Source of the DNA: Nitrospira sp.
GTDB taxonomy: Bacteria > Nitrospirota > Nitrospiria > Nitrospirales > Nitrospiraceae
Direction: 5' to 3'
DNA: 64,000 nt
Assembly: GCA_046350995.1 (NCBI GenBank)
Contig: JAXLZJ010000011.1
Location: 122,500-186,499, forward strand
In this document: one piece after another, positions 49,142 through 57,912 of the stretch
How positions within the stretch are numbered: position 1 is the first letter of the stretch
How the letters are laid out: every line of letters begins with the position of its first letter
The notes under the pieces: generated by a model
What the model was told of the DNA's origin: nothing
Databases searched by the model: none
Seen by the model: the letters and a program-made list of their open reading frames with translations, nothing else
Position numbers and translations under genes: made by a program

Positions 49142-51628
49142 ATGAGCCCACAGGATCAACTCATAGTTCCCGAGATCAAAACCGCGCCCATTCCTCCGGC
49201 GATCGCGGAAGAAATCGAAACCTTCGAGACCGAGGCGTTACGGACGCTCGCGGGGGACGTATCAACCGATTTGTTCAAGCCGTTTCGGCTGCAGTACGGC
49301 ATTTATGGTCAGCGCCAGCCCGGCGTGCAGATGGTACGGGTCAAGATCCCCTTCGGTGGTCTGACCGGAAATCAGCTGCGTCGCGTCGCCGAACTCGCCA
49401 ATCGATATGCGACCGGCGTAGGGCACGTCACGACGCGGCAAGACATCCAGATGCATTTCGTTGAATTGAAAGATGTTCCGACCATTATGCGCGGGCTTGC
49501 TGAAGTGGGGCTGACGACACGGGAAGCGTGCGCCAATACGGTCCGTAACGTGACGGCTTGCCATCTCGCCGGGGTCTGCTCGGGCGAGGTATTCGATGTG
49601 ACGCCCTATGCGAAGACCATTGCGTATCATCTGCTCCGCAATCCGTTGAATCAGAGTCTGCCGCGGAAATTTAAGATCGCGCTTTCCGGCTGCAAGCAGG
49701 ATTGCGCCCTTACGCCGATTCACGATGTCGGACTCCTGGCCGCCAAACGAGCGGATGGGGCGGTCGGATTTCGCATGGTTGCGGGGGGCGGACTTGGGTC
49801 GCTCCCACGGATGGCCCAGGTGCTCCGTGAGTTCTGCCCAATGGACGAGCTGCTGCCGAGCGTCGAAGCGGTTATCAAGGTATTCGACACGCTCGGCAAT
49901 CGGAAGAACCGCAACAAAGCGCGTATGAAATTCGTGATCGAGAAGCTCGGCTTCGAGGAATTCAAGCGGCGCTGGGAAATCGCGTACGAATCGATGGGGT
50001 ACAAAAAGCCGTCGCATGAGCCCATCAGGCTCATGGCCCACGCCGATGAACCGACGCCGCTGATCATGCCGACACGCAATGGGGCGGGGCATGACTCATC
50101 GAACAGGAGTAGCTCCAGCCATCGCAACGGGATCGGACAGGAAACGCCGTTTCAGATGTGGAAACGGACGAACGTCGTGAAACAGAAACAGCCCGGCTAC
50201 GTGACGGCGGCGATCAAGTTGTTCATGGGCGATCTCACGTCCGAACAAATGCTCTCGGTCGCAGATTTGTCCGAGCGGTATGCGAATGGAAATATCCGGA
50301 CGACCATCAACCAGAACATGGTGATTCGCTGGGTGCCGGAGACCCAGATTGCTTCGCTCTACGAAGATCTGGTCGGCATCGGTCTGGCCGATCCTGGGGC
50401 CGAACTCGTCGAAGACATCATCGCCTGTCCTGGCACAGATACGTGCGGCTTGGGCATCACGTCGTCCAAGGGGCTGGCTCGGGCCTTGGCGGAAGTGTTT
50501 CCGGCCGGTCGGGTTCCCGAGGACCTTTCCGATGTGAGCGTCAAAATCAGCGGCTGCCACAATTCCTGCGCGCAGCATCACATTTCCACGATCGGTCTTC
50601 ACGGCGTGGGTAAACGGATCGGGGAACACGTCGCGCCGCACTACGAGTTGCATTTGGGCGGTCAGGTCGACGGGACGCCTAAGATCGGCCAGATGACGGT
50701 CAAGTTGCCGGCCAAAGCCGTTCCTGCCGCACTGTCTCATTTGGTCGATGTCTACCGGCGCGACCGGCAGCCGAACGAAAATCTGGCCGGGTTCGTTCAC
50801 CGCGTGGGGAAAAACAAACTCAAAGACGAACTGATTCCCTATACGATCGTACCGGCGTTTGAAGACGATGCCACCTTCTACTATGACTGGGAAGGAGAAG
50901 AGGAATTCATCCTCGAAGATTTGGGCCCGGGCGAATGCGCCGGCGGCGCGCTGGAAATGATCGAGAACGGCATTCTCGAGGCCGATCAGGAACTGTATCA
51001 GGCCAAACTCCTGGTGGAGAAGCATCAATACTCCGTCTCGGTGAACAAGTCCTATCGCGCCGTATTGGCGGCGGCGAAAGCATTGCTTGTCACTGAAGGA
51101 CTCGAGCCCTCCACCGATGCCGAGACCTTCGCGGAATTTGAAACCCGCATTGCGAGCAAAGGCGTGATCCCCGTTGCCTACCGTGAGTTGGCGAAGAAGG
51201 TCGGCGATTTGGGGCCAAAGGATACGACGGCGCAATCCGCTCTCGAGAAGATGAATTTTGCCAAGGGCTTTGTCGATGCCTGCCGGTCGGCCACCGACCA
51301 GATGGGCAAAGACCTCAAACTGGCGGCCGTCCAGGAAGAGAAACCCGCCGCGGCGCCCGCGCCGGCGAAGCCGTCCGCTCCGGTCCCGACCGGCGCGCCG
51401 GTCTACGATCTGCGCGGCGTGGCGTGCCCGCTGAACTATGTGAAGACCAAACTGAAGCTGGAAATGATGGACGCCGGGGACAAACTTGAAGTCTGGCTCG
51501 ACGCCGGCGAGCCGATCAAGAATGTGCCGATGAGTCTCAAGAACGACGGCCACCTGATCCATCTTCAGGAGGCCTTGGAGCCGGAAGCGGCGCACTATCG
51601 GATCCTGGTTGAAAAGGTCGAAGGATAG
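49142..51628 (+). CDS. sir: Ferredoxin-type sulfite reductase fused to HEPN-like and TusA-like domains (828 aa)
   Basis: YGIYGQRQ, HVTTRQDIQ, LPRKFK, CPGTDTC / SGCHNSC; C-terminal DLRGVACPLNYVKTK. Confidence 0.9.
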   Translation: MSPQDQLIVPEIKTAPIPPAIAEEIETFETEALRTLAGDVSTDLFKPFRLQYGIYGQRQPGVQMVRVKIPFGGLTGNQLRRVAELANRYATGVGHVTTRQDIQMHFVELKDVPTIMRGLAEVGLTTREACANTVRNVTACHLAGVCSGEVFDVTPYAKTIAYHLLRNPLNQSLPRKFKIALSGCKQDCALTPIHDVGLLAAKRADGAVGFRMVAGGGLGSLPRMAQVLREFCPMDELLPSVEAVIKVFDTLGNRKNRNKARMKFVIEKLGFEEFKRRWEIAYESMGYKKPSHEPIRLMAHADEPTPLIMPTRNGAGHDSSNRSSSSHRNGIGQETPFQMWKRTNVVKQKQPGYVTAAIKLFMGDLTSEQMLSVADLSERYANGNIRTTINQNMVIRWVPETQIASLYEDLVGIGLADPGAELVEDIIACPGTDTCGLGITSSKGLARALAEVFPAGRVPEDLSDVSVKISGCHNSCAQHHISTIGLHGVGKRIGEHVAPHYELHLGGQVDGTPKIGQMTVKLPAKAVPAALSHLVDVYRRDRQPNENLAGFVHRVGKNKLKDELIPYTIVPAFEDDATFYYDWEGEEEFILEDLGPGECAGGALEMIENGILEADQELYQAKLLVEKHQYSVSVNKSYRAVLAAAKALLVTEGLEPSTDAETFAEFETRIASKGVIPVAYRELAKKVGDLGPKDTTAQSALEKMNFAKGFVDACRSATDQMGKDLKLAAVQEEKPAAAPAPAKPSAPVPTGAPVYDLRGVACPLNYVKTKLKLEMMDAGDKLEVWLDAGEPIKNVPMSLKNDGHLIHLQEALEPEAAHYRILVEKVEG

Positions 51629-51643
51629 GAGCTCTTGGGTACC

Positions 51644-52360
51644 ATGTCCATCATCGGCAGTCCGGAATTAACAGGGGAGCTGAAGCGCCTGAGCGACTCG
51701 TTCGAGTCTCAGCAGCCGCAAGACGTCTTGGCCGAAGCGATCAAGCGGTTCGCGCCGAAGATGGTCGTCGCGTGTAGCTTCGGCGCCGAAGATGTCGTGC
51801 TCGTCGATATGGTTCATCGGATTGATCCGTCGATTCCGCTGTTCTATTTGGACACCGAGTTCTTGTTTCCCGAAACCTACGCGACGCGGGATCGCATCGT
51901 GCAGCATTACGAGTTGAAGCCGACGCAGGTTATTCAGGTGAAGCCGCTGCTGACTCCGGATCAACAGGCCGCTCAGTACGGGCCGGCGCTCTGGTCGACC
52001 GAACCGGATCGCTGTTGCCAGCTGCGGAAGGTGGAGCCTCTCACGCGGGCTCTCAAGGGATACGATGCCTGGATTACTGGGATCCGCCGCGATCAGGCTC
52101 CGACCAGGGCGAACGCGGGGCTCTTCGAGTGGGATGGCAAGTTCCAATTGGTAAAGGTGAATCCACTCGCCCGCTGGACCTGGGGCGACGTGTGGACGTA
52201 TATCAAGGTCTACGAAGTGCCCTACAATCCACTGCACGATCAGAACTACCCCAGCATCGGCTGCACACACTGCACCGCGCCTGTCGCTCCGGGTGACGAT
52301 CCGCGTGCCGGCCGCTGGAAAAATTTCACCAAAACCGAATGCGGACTCCATAAGCCGTAA
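51644..52360 (+). CDS. cysH: APS/PAPS reductase (Fe-S APS-reductase type)
   Basis: SFGAED, LDT..LFPETY, CC..RKVEPL, SIGCTHCT, RAGRW, ECGLH. Confidence 0.95.
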   Translation: MSIIGSPELTGELKRLSDSFESQQPQDVLAEAIKRFAPKMVVACSFGAEDVVLVDMVHRIDPSIPLFYLDTEFLFPETYATRDRIVQHYELKPTQVIQVKPLLTPDQQAAQYGPALWSTEPDRCCQLRKVEPLTRALKGYDAWITGIRRDQAPTRANAGLFEWDGKFQLVKVNPLARWTWGDVWTYIKVYEVPYNPLHDQNYPSIGCTHCTAPVAPGDDPRAGRWKNFTKTECGLHKP

Positions 52361-52362
52361 CC

Positions 52363-53409
52363 ATGCCGATCCAAGACTATCTCGCGAAAATCGCACAGGG
52401 CCCCAAAGCCTCCAAGGATCTCACCTGGGACGAGTCGAAGCAGGTGATGAAGTTGCTGATCGAAGGCGGCGCCACCCAAGCGCAGCTCGGCGCCTTCTTG
52501 ATCGCCATGCGGTTCAAGAGCGAGTCCGTCACCGAACTGGCGGCGTTTACGGCGGCGGCCCGCCACTACGTTGCGCCGCTGGCGATTCCCAAGGAGCTGG
52601 CATTGGTGGATGTGCCGACGTACGCGGGAAAGCAGGACACGTTTCATGCGCTCATTGCCGCGTCCTTCATCGCTTCGGCGGCCGGTGCCTCGATCGTCAT
52701 GCACGGTTACGACGGCATTCCCAGTCGTCCCGGTGCGGCCGGCGTGTTGAAAGCGCTGGGGATTCCCATCGATCTCGATCCGAAGGCGGCCGCGGACACG
52801 ATCGCGAAGAAGGGGTTCGCGTACCTGGACATCGGCTTGTACCATCCGCCGATCTATCGGTTTTTGGAAATGCGGCAGGAGTTGGGCGTTCGGAACGTGT
52901 TCCATCCAATCGCGAGGCTCCTCAATCCCGGTCGCGCGTCGGTACAGGTGGTGGGGTTGTCCCATCCGCCGCATTTCGAAAAGACGGCCGAAGCCTTGCG
53001 CATGCTGGGCGTGCCGCGCGCGCTGGTGATCCGGGGAGTGGAAGGCGATCCGGAATTGTCGATCGGGGCTGCGACGCGGGTACTGGAATTGCGCGATGAA
53101 CGGATCACGCCGTTGGGCATGGGGCCGAAGGATTTCGGTCTTGCGATGGGGTCCCCCCGCGACATGGCTGGTTTTCCGCCGGAACAGCGGGAGCGAGAAG
53201 CAGAGTTGCTGCGACGGCTCATTCAGAATCAGGTGGCGGGCGGGCAGAAAGACTGGGTGCTGATGAATGCGGCGATGCTGCTGTATGCGGCGGGGAAAGG
53301 GACGACGGCAGCGGGCTGTCTGCCGCTGGCCCGCGTGGCGCTCGAAGGCGGGGCGGCGGCGCGCAAGCTCGACGAGCTAGCCCAGTCGTCGCCGGTCGCC
53401 AGTCGATGA
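52363..53409 (+). CDS. TrpD-like (YbiB/TrpD2) glycosyltransferase family 3 protein
   Basis: [21 protein letters not shown]...RLLNP; lacks GTGGD and KHGN of true TrpD. Confidence 0.82.
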   Translation: MPIQDYLAKIAQGPKASKDLTWDESKQVMKLLIEGGATQAQLGAFLIAMRFKSESVTELAAFTAAARHYVAPLAIPKELALVDVPTYAGKQDTFHALIAASFIASAAGASIVMHGYDGIPSRPGAAGVLKALGIPIDLDPKAAADTIAKKGFAYLDIGLYHPPIYRFLEMRQELGVRNVFHPIARLLNPGRASVQVVGLSHPPHFEKTAEALRMLGVPRALVIRGVEGDPELSIGAATRVLELRDERITPLGMGPKDFGLAMGSPRDMAGFPPEQREREAELLRRLIQNQVAGGQKDWVLMNAAMLLYAAGKGTTAAGCLPLARVALEGGAAARKLDELAQSSPVASR

Positions 53410-53441
53410 TCGTCAGGGTTAAACGGAAAGGGTTACCGGTC

Positions 53442-54239
53442 GTGAAACACTTACGTCAACTGGAAGATCAAAGCGTCTATATTCTGCGCGAGGCCTATAA
53501 GCATTTCGACAATCTCGCCATGCTCTGGTCCATGGGCAAGGATTCGACCGTCTTATTATGGCTGGCCCGCAAGGCGTTCTTCGGCCATGTGCCGTTTCCG
53601 CTGTTGCACGTAGATACCAGCTACAAGATTCCGGCGATGATCGAATACCGCGATCGGCTGGCCCGCGAGTGGCGGTTGGATCTGGTGGTGGGTCAGAACA
53701 AAGAGGCGCTGGCTGCCGGGATGAATCATACGATGGGCCGGGTGGCCTGTTGTACCGCACTCAAGACCAACGGGCTCAAGCAGCTTATCGAACAGAAGGG
53801 TTACACCGGCATCATTCTCGGCGTGCGGGCCGACGAAGAAGGCACGCGCGCCAAGGAGCGGTATTTCTCGCCCCGCGACAAGCACGGCGACTGGGACTTT
53901 CGGGATCAGCCGCCGGAACTCTGGGATCAATACAAGACGACTTTCCCGCCGGGAACGCACATTCGTATCCATCCCTTGCTGGACTGGACCGAGATCAACA
54001 TCTGGGAATACATCAAGTACGAAAACATTCCCTTCATCGATCTCTACCTCGATAAGGGCGACGGCATGCGCTATCGCAGTCTCGGCTGTGCGCCCTGTAC
54101 GACGCCGATCAAGTCGACGGCCAAGACCGTGGACGACATCATCGAAGAACTGCGCCACACGACGGTGGCCGAACGGTCCGGCCGTGCGCAGGACGAAGGC
54201 CGGGGCATGGAATTACTTCGCAAAGATGGATACATGTAA
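53442..54239 (+). CDS. cysD: Sulfate adenylyltransferase subunit 2
   Basis: [40 protein letters not shown]. Confidence 0.95.
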   Translation: MKHLRQLEDQSVYILREAYKHFDNLAMLWSMGKDSTVLLWLARKAFFGHVPFPLLHVDTSYKIPAMIEYRDRLAREWRLDLVVGQNKEALAAGMNHTMGRVACCTALKTNGLKQLIEQKGYTGIILGVRADEEGTRAKERYFSPRDKHGDWDFRDQPPELWDQYKTTFPPGTHIRIHPLLDWTEINIWEYIKYENIPFIDLYLDKGDGMRYRSLGCAPCTTPIKSTAKTVDDIIEELRHTTVAERSGRAQDEGRGMELLRKDGYM

Positions 54240-54241
54240 TC

Positions 54242-56086
54242 ATGAGCAACACGACCACCAAGCCGTCTGAAAATCTCAACATTGTCATTGTCGGCCATGT
54301 CGATCACGGTAAGTCCACCCTCTTGGGCCGGCTCTATGCCGACACCGGGTCGCTTCCGGACGGCAAGTTGGAAAAAGTCCAGGCCATCTGTCGACAGCAG
54401 GGTAAAGAGTTCGAATATGCGTTCCTCTTCGACGCGTTTCTGGAGGAACAAGAGCAGGGCATTACGATCGATACCGCCCGGACCTTCTTCATCTGGAAAG
54501 GGCGTCAGTACATCATCATCGACGCGCCCGGCCACAAAGAATTTCTCAAGAACATGATTTCCGGCGCCGCGCGGGCGGAAGCGGCGCTGCTCTTGATCGA
54601 CGCGTTGGAAGGCGTGAAGGAACAATCCAAGAAGCACGGGTATCTCCTCTCGCTGCTGGGCGTCCGGCAGTTTGCCGTCGTCGTCAACAAGATGGATCTG
54701 GTCGGCTACCGGCAGGACGTCTTCGACGGCATCGAGAAGGAATACCGGGAGTTTCTGGGCCAGTTCAAGGCCGTGCCCGAACGCATCATTCCGGTGAGTG
54801 CGAAACTAGGCGACAACATCGCCAATCGCAGCGACAAGATGCCCTGGTATACCGGCCCTACGGTGTTGGATACCCTCAGCCTGTTCAAGAAAGAAGCCGC
54901 ACGGTCCGAACAGCCGCTACGGTTTCCGGTACAGGATGTCTACAAGTTCGACGCCCGCCGGATCATCGCTGGCCGTATCGCCGCCGGCAAGTTGAAGGTC
55001 GGCGATCAGCTCGTCTTCTCGCCGTCCAACAAGCGGGCCAACATCCGGACCGTCGAAGCATTCAATGTCGATCCGCAGCCGATTGAAGCGCAAGCTGGCC
55101 AATCGGTCGGGGTGACGCTGGACGAGCAGATTTTCGTGGAGCGGGGCGAAGTCGCCACTCTTCCGGACCATCTCCCGTCGGTGTCGACCGCTTTCCGTGC
55201 GAATCTGTTCTGGCTCGGCAAACGGCCGTTGGAGCGGGGTCGGAAATATATCCTCCGGGTGGCCACCAAAGAAGTCGATTGTGAGATCGCGACGATCCAC
55301 CGCATCATCGACACGATGGATCTGGCGCAACAACAGGGGAGCACGACGGTCGGCAAGAACCAAGTGGCGGAACTGACCTTGCGGACCAAGTCGCCCATTG
55401 CGTTTGATTTGTCCGCGTCATTCGAGGCGACCGGACGGTTTGTGCTGGTGGACGAATACGACATCGCCGGCGGCGGCATTGTCACCGAGTTGATCCACGA
55501 CGATCAGGAGTTTCTACGCGAGGAGGCCCGACGTCGGGATTTTGCCTGGGTTAAAGGCGAGGTCGGCGTCGAAGATCGGGCGCGGCAGTATGGGCATCGC
55601 GCCGCGATTGTGCTTTTTACCGGAGGCCGACATACGGGCAAATCGTTTCTGGCCAGAAAGCTGGAAGGGCGTCTCGTCGCAGACGGTCGGCACGCGTATT
55701 TGCTCGATGGGGAAAATCTTCGCCGGGGGCTTGATGCGGACCTCACGGACGAAGAACGTGGGCAAACCGACGAAATGGCCAGGCGCTATGGCGAAGTCGC
55801 CCGGCTCTTGATCGATACGGGACTGATCGTAGTTTCCACCACCAATCCTTTCGGCCTGGCCTATGTGGACGCCGCGCAGGCCATCAGGACGCTCGTGCAT
55901 CCGGCGCCGGTGATTGCCGTCCATATGAGCAAGAGCAACGAAGAGCCGCCGCCGAATACCGACATTGTGCTGGTGGGGCCAACTGATTTTGACGCGGCGA
56001 CGCACCGGATTATGGAAGAGCTTAAGAAGCGAGGAGTTCTGGCCCAAGCCATCGGTGCGAAGCCGACGTTTCAGTATTCCATCTAA
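54242..56086 (+). CDS. cysN: Sulfate adenylyltransferase subunit 1 with degenerate APS-kinase C-domain
   Basis: GHVDHGKST, EQGITID, DAPGH, NKMD; C-domain FTGGRHTGKS, LDGENLRRGL. Confidence 0.93.
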   Translation: MSNTTTKPSENLNIVIVGHVDHGKSTLLGRLYADTGSLPDGKLEKVQAICRQQGKEFEYAFLFDAFLEEQEQGITIDTARTFFIWKGRQYIIIDAPGHKEFLKNMISGAARAEAALLLIDALEGVKEQSKKHGYLLSLLGVRQFAVVVNKMDLVGYRQDVFDGIEKEYREFLGQFKAVPERIIPVSAKLGDNIANRSDKMPWYTGPTVLDTLSLFKKEAARSEQPLRFPVQDVYKFDARRIIAGRIAAGKLKVGDQLVFSPSNKRANIRTVEAFNVDPQPIEAQAGQSVGVTLDEQIFVERGEVATLPDHLPSVSTAFRANLFWLGKRPLERGRKYILRVATKEVDCEIATIHRIIDTMDLAQQQGSTTVGKNQVAELTLRTKSPIAFDLSASFEATGRFVLVDEYDIAGGGIVTELIHDDQEFLREEARRRDFAWVKGEVGVEDRARQYGHRAAIVLFTGGRHTGKSFLARKLEGRLVADGRHAYLLDGENLRRGLDADLTDEERGQTDEMARRYGEVARLLIDTGLIVVSTTNPFGLAYVDAAQAIRTLVHPAPVIAVHMSKSNEEPPPNTDIVLVGPTDFDAATHRIMEELKKRGVLAQAIGAKPTFQYSI

Positions 56087-56106
56087 GGTCGACCTGACAT
56101 CAAGCC

Positions 56107-56132
56107 GGGGGGCACATTTGCTGTGACCCCCC
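56107..56132 (+). terminator. Possible terminator after cysNC
   Basis: GGGGGGCAC-loop-GTGACCCCCC followed by pyrimidine run. Confidence 0.5.
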
Positions 56133-56145
56133 TCTTCTGCTTGGT

Positions 56146-56175
56146 TTGACTCCCCAGAAACCGCTGTGTTACCGT
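56146..56175 (+). promoter_or_regulatory. sigma70-type promoter of mrp unit
   Basis: TTGACT-N18-(TGT)TACCGT. Confidence 0.6.
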
Positions 56176-56213
56176 ACCGCTCTACGGCTCCAGAGCCTGT
56201 GGATAAGGACACT

Positions 56214-57134
56214 ATGGCATCGGAAAAAGACCTCAAGAGCATCCTCGGCAAGCTGAAATATTCGGACGATGCGAAGGTCGTTCAGCAAATTACGGAACAG
56301 ACCAAGCAGGTCCATGCCCGCATGGCGGGGATCAAGCATAAGTTGGTCGTGATGAGCGGTAAGGGCGGCGTCGGCAAGAGCATGACGACCGTAAATCTGG
56401 CGCTCGCGTTCGCTCGGCAAGGGAATAAAGTTGGGTTGCTCGATGTCGATCTCAACGGTCCCTGCGTCCCTCGGATGCTGGGGCTTCACGGGAAATCGCT
56501 CACGATCACGCCCGAAGGGGCCATTCCGCCGGTCGGCCCGCTTGGGATGAAGGTCGCGTCGATGGATTTTTTCCTCGACGATGCCTCGCCGGTCCGCTGG
56601 AAAGGGCCGATGGACGTCAGCCCTGTGTGGCTTGGGCTGATGGAAATGAATGTGATCCGGGAGTTCTTGTCCGACGTCGTGTGGGGCGAGTTGGATTATT
56701 TGCTGGCCGATCTGCCTCCCGGTGCCGCCGCGGACAAGCCGCCGGTGATCGCGGGATTCATCCCGGATTTAGCCGGCGCGATCGTTGTGACCACGCCGTC
56801 CGAAGTCGCGTCCGATGTCGTACAGAAGTCGGTCACCTACGCGCGCGACATGGGGATTCGTGTGTTGGGCATCGTCGAAAACATGAGCGAATATCGGTGC
56901 CCGTCCTGCGGGGAGCAGAACGAATTGTTCGAGGGGAATACCGAAGCTATGTGTGAAGTGTTGGATCTGCCATTGCTCGGGCGGATTCCCTTCGACCGCA
57001 AGCTGGCCCGCACGTTCGATAAAGGCGAGCCGTTGTTGGATGACACCTATCCGACGATTCAGCGGTATCAGGAAATTGCCGGTCGTATCCGCACCTTGCT
57101 CGAGTACAAGAAGGTTTTGGCGGAGAAGCTGTGA
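56214..57134 (+). CDS. mrp: Mrp/NBP35 (ApbC) Fe-S cluster carrier ATPase
   Basis: SGKGGVGKS, D.DL.GP, WGELDYL..DLPPG, G.VENMS, CPSC. Confidence 0.92.
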   Translation: MASEKDLKSILGKLKYSDDAKVVQQITEQTKQVHARMAGIKHKLVVMSGKGGVGKSMTTVNLALAFARQGNKVGLLDVDLNGPCVPRMLGLHGKSLTITPEGAIPPVGPLGMKVASMDFFLDDASPVRWKGPMDVSPVWLGLMEMNVIREFLSDVVWGELDYLLADLPPGAAADKPPVIAGFIPDLAGAIVVTTPSEVASDVVQKSVTYARDMGIRVLGIVENMSEYRCPSCGEQNELFEGNTEAMCEVLDLPLLGRIPFDRKLARTFDKGEPLLDDTYPTIQRYQEIAGRIRTLLEYKKVLAEKL

Positions 57135-57159
57135 TCAGAGGGATGGGAGAGGAGTCACT

Positions 57160-57912
57160 ATGAAATTCGTTTGCCTCAACTGCGAAACCTATATGAATTT
57201 CGAGAAGGTCGAGAAACCCGGTGAAGGGTCGCTCGGGGTCTTTTTCGGCTGCCAATCATGCGGCGCGAAGTTCTCCATGGTGACCAATCCCGGCGAAACC
57301 CAGATGGTCAGCTCCCTCGGCGTCAAGCTGGGTGGACGGAGCGCCGCGGCGGAGCCGTTCGAAATGACCCGCAATACATTGAAGGACGAAGCCCTCGCCG
57401 GCGCGGGGCAGATGGGTGCCTATCTGAACGAAAAGATCCAAGGTGGTCAGCCCGTGGCTGCGGCGTCCGCGTCTCCCACGAACGCAGGCGAAAAGGCCAG
57501 CGGCGGCTGTCCCTTTTCCGCGATGGTCGCTGAAATGGGCCTGACGACAGGCGGGAAGCCGGGCAATGGCACCGCGCCTTCGTCGGACTTCACTTGGACT
57601 GCCGACGCGAAGGACAAACTCGATCGGCTGCCGGCATTCGTCAAGCCGATGGTGCAGAGCAGCGTCGAAGCTTACGCTCGGAAGAATGGGTTCAAGACCA
57701 TCACCTTACAGGTCATGGACGATTCTAAGAACGATTCACCCAACGGCATGACCTGGTCGCGCGAAGCCGAACAACGGCTGGACAACATTCCCGATTTCAT
57801 CCGCCCCATGGCGCGGAAGGAAATCGAACGTTTGGCGAAAGAGCGCGGTGTCGCCACGATTACTGCGCAGGTCATGGACGACGCCAAAGACAAGTTCATG
57901 AAATTCATGTGA
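57160..57912 (+). CDS. Zn-ribbon protein with two PCP_red (protochlorophyllide reductase B C-terminal-like) domains
   Basis: GAGGAG RBS; CLNC...CQSC; two repeats W(T/S).(D/E)A...LD..P.F..PM....E..A...G...IT.QVMDD. Confidence 0.8.
   Translation: MKFVCLNCETYMNFEKVEKPGEGSLGVFFGCQSCGAKFSMVTNPGETQMVSSLGVKLGGRSAAAEPFEMTRNTLKDEALAGAGQMGAYLNEKIQGGQPVAAASASPTNAGEKASGGCPFSAMVAEMGLTTGGKPGNGTAPSSDFTWTADAKDKLDRLPAFVKPMVQSSVEAYARKNGFKTITLQVMDDSKNDSPNGMTWSREAEQRLDNIPDFIRPMARKEIERLAKERGVATITAQVMDDAKDKFMKFM

Noticed and set aside
52363-53409. True trpD
   Set aside because: Lacks GTGGD and KHGN motifs and has no trp neighbours
57160-57912. Evidence of (bacterio)chlorophyll synthesis
   Set aside because: Only the small C-terminal domain is present, without the catalytic BchB/N/L parts
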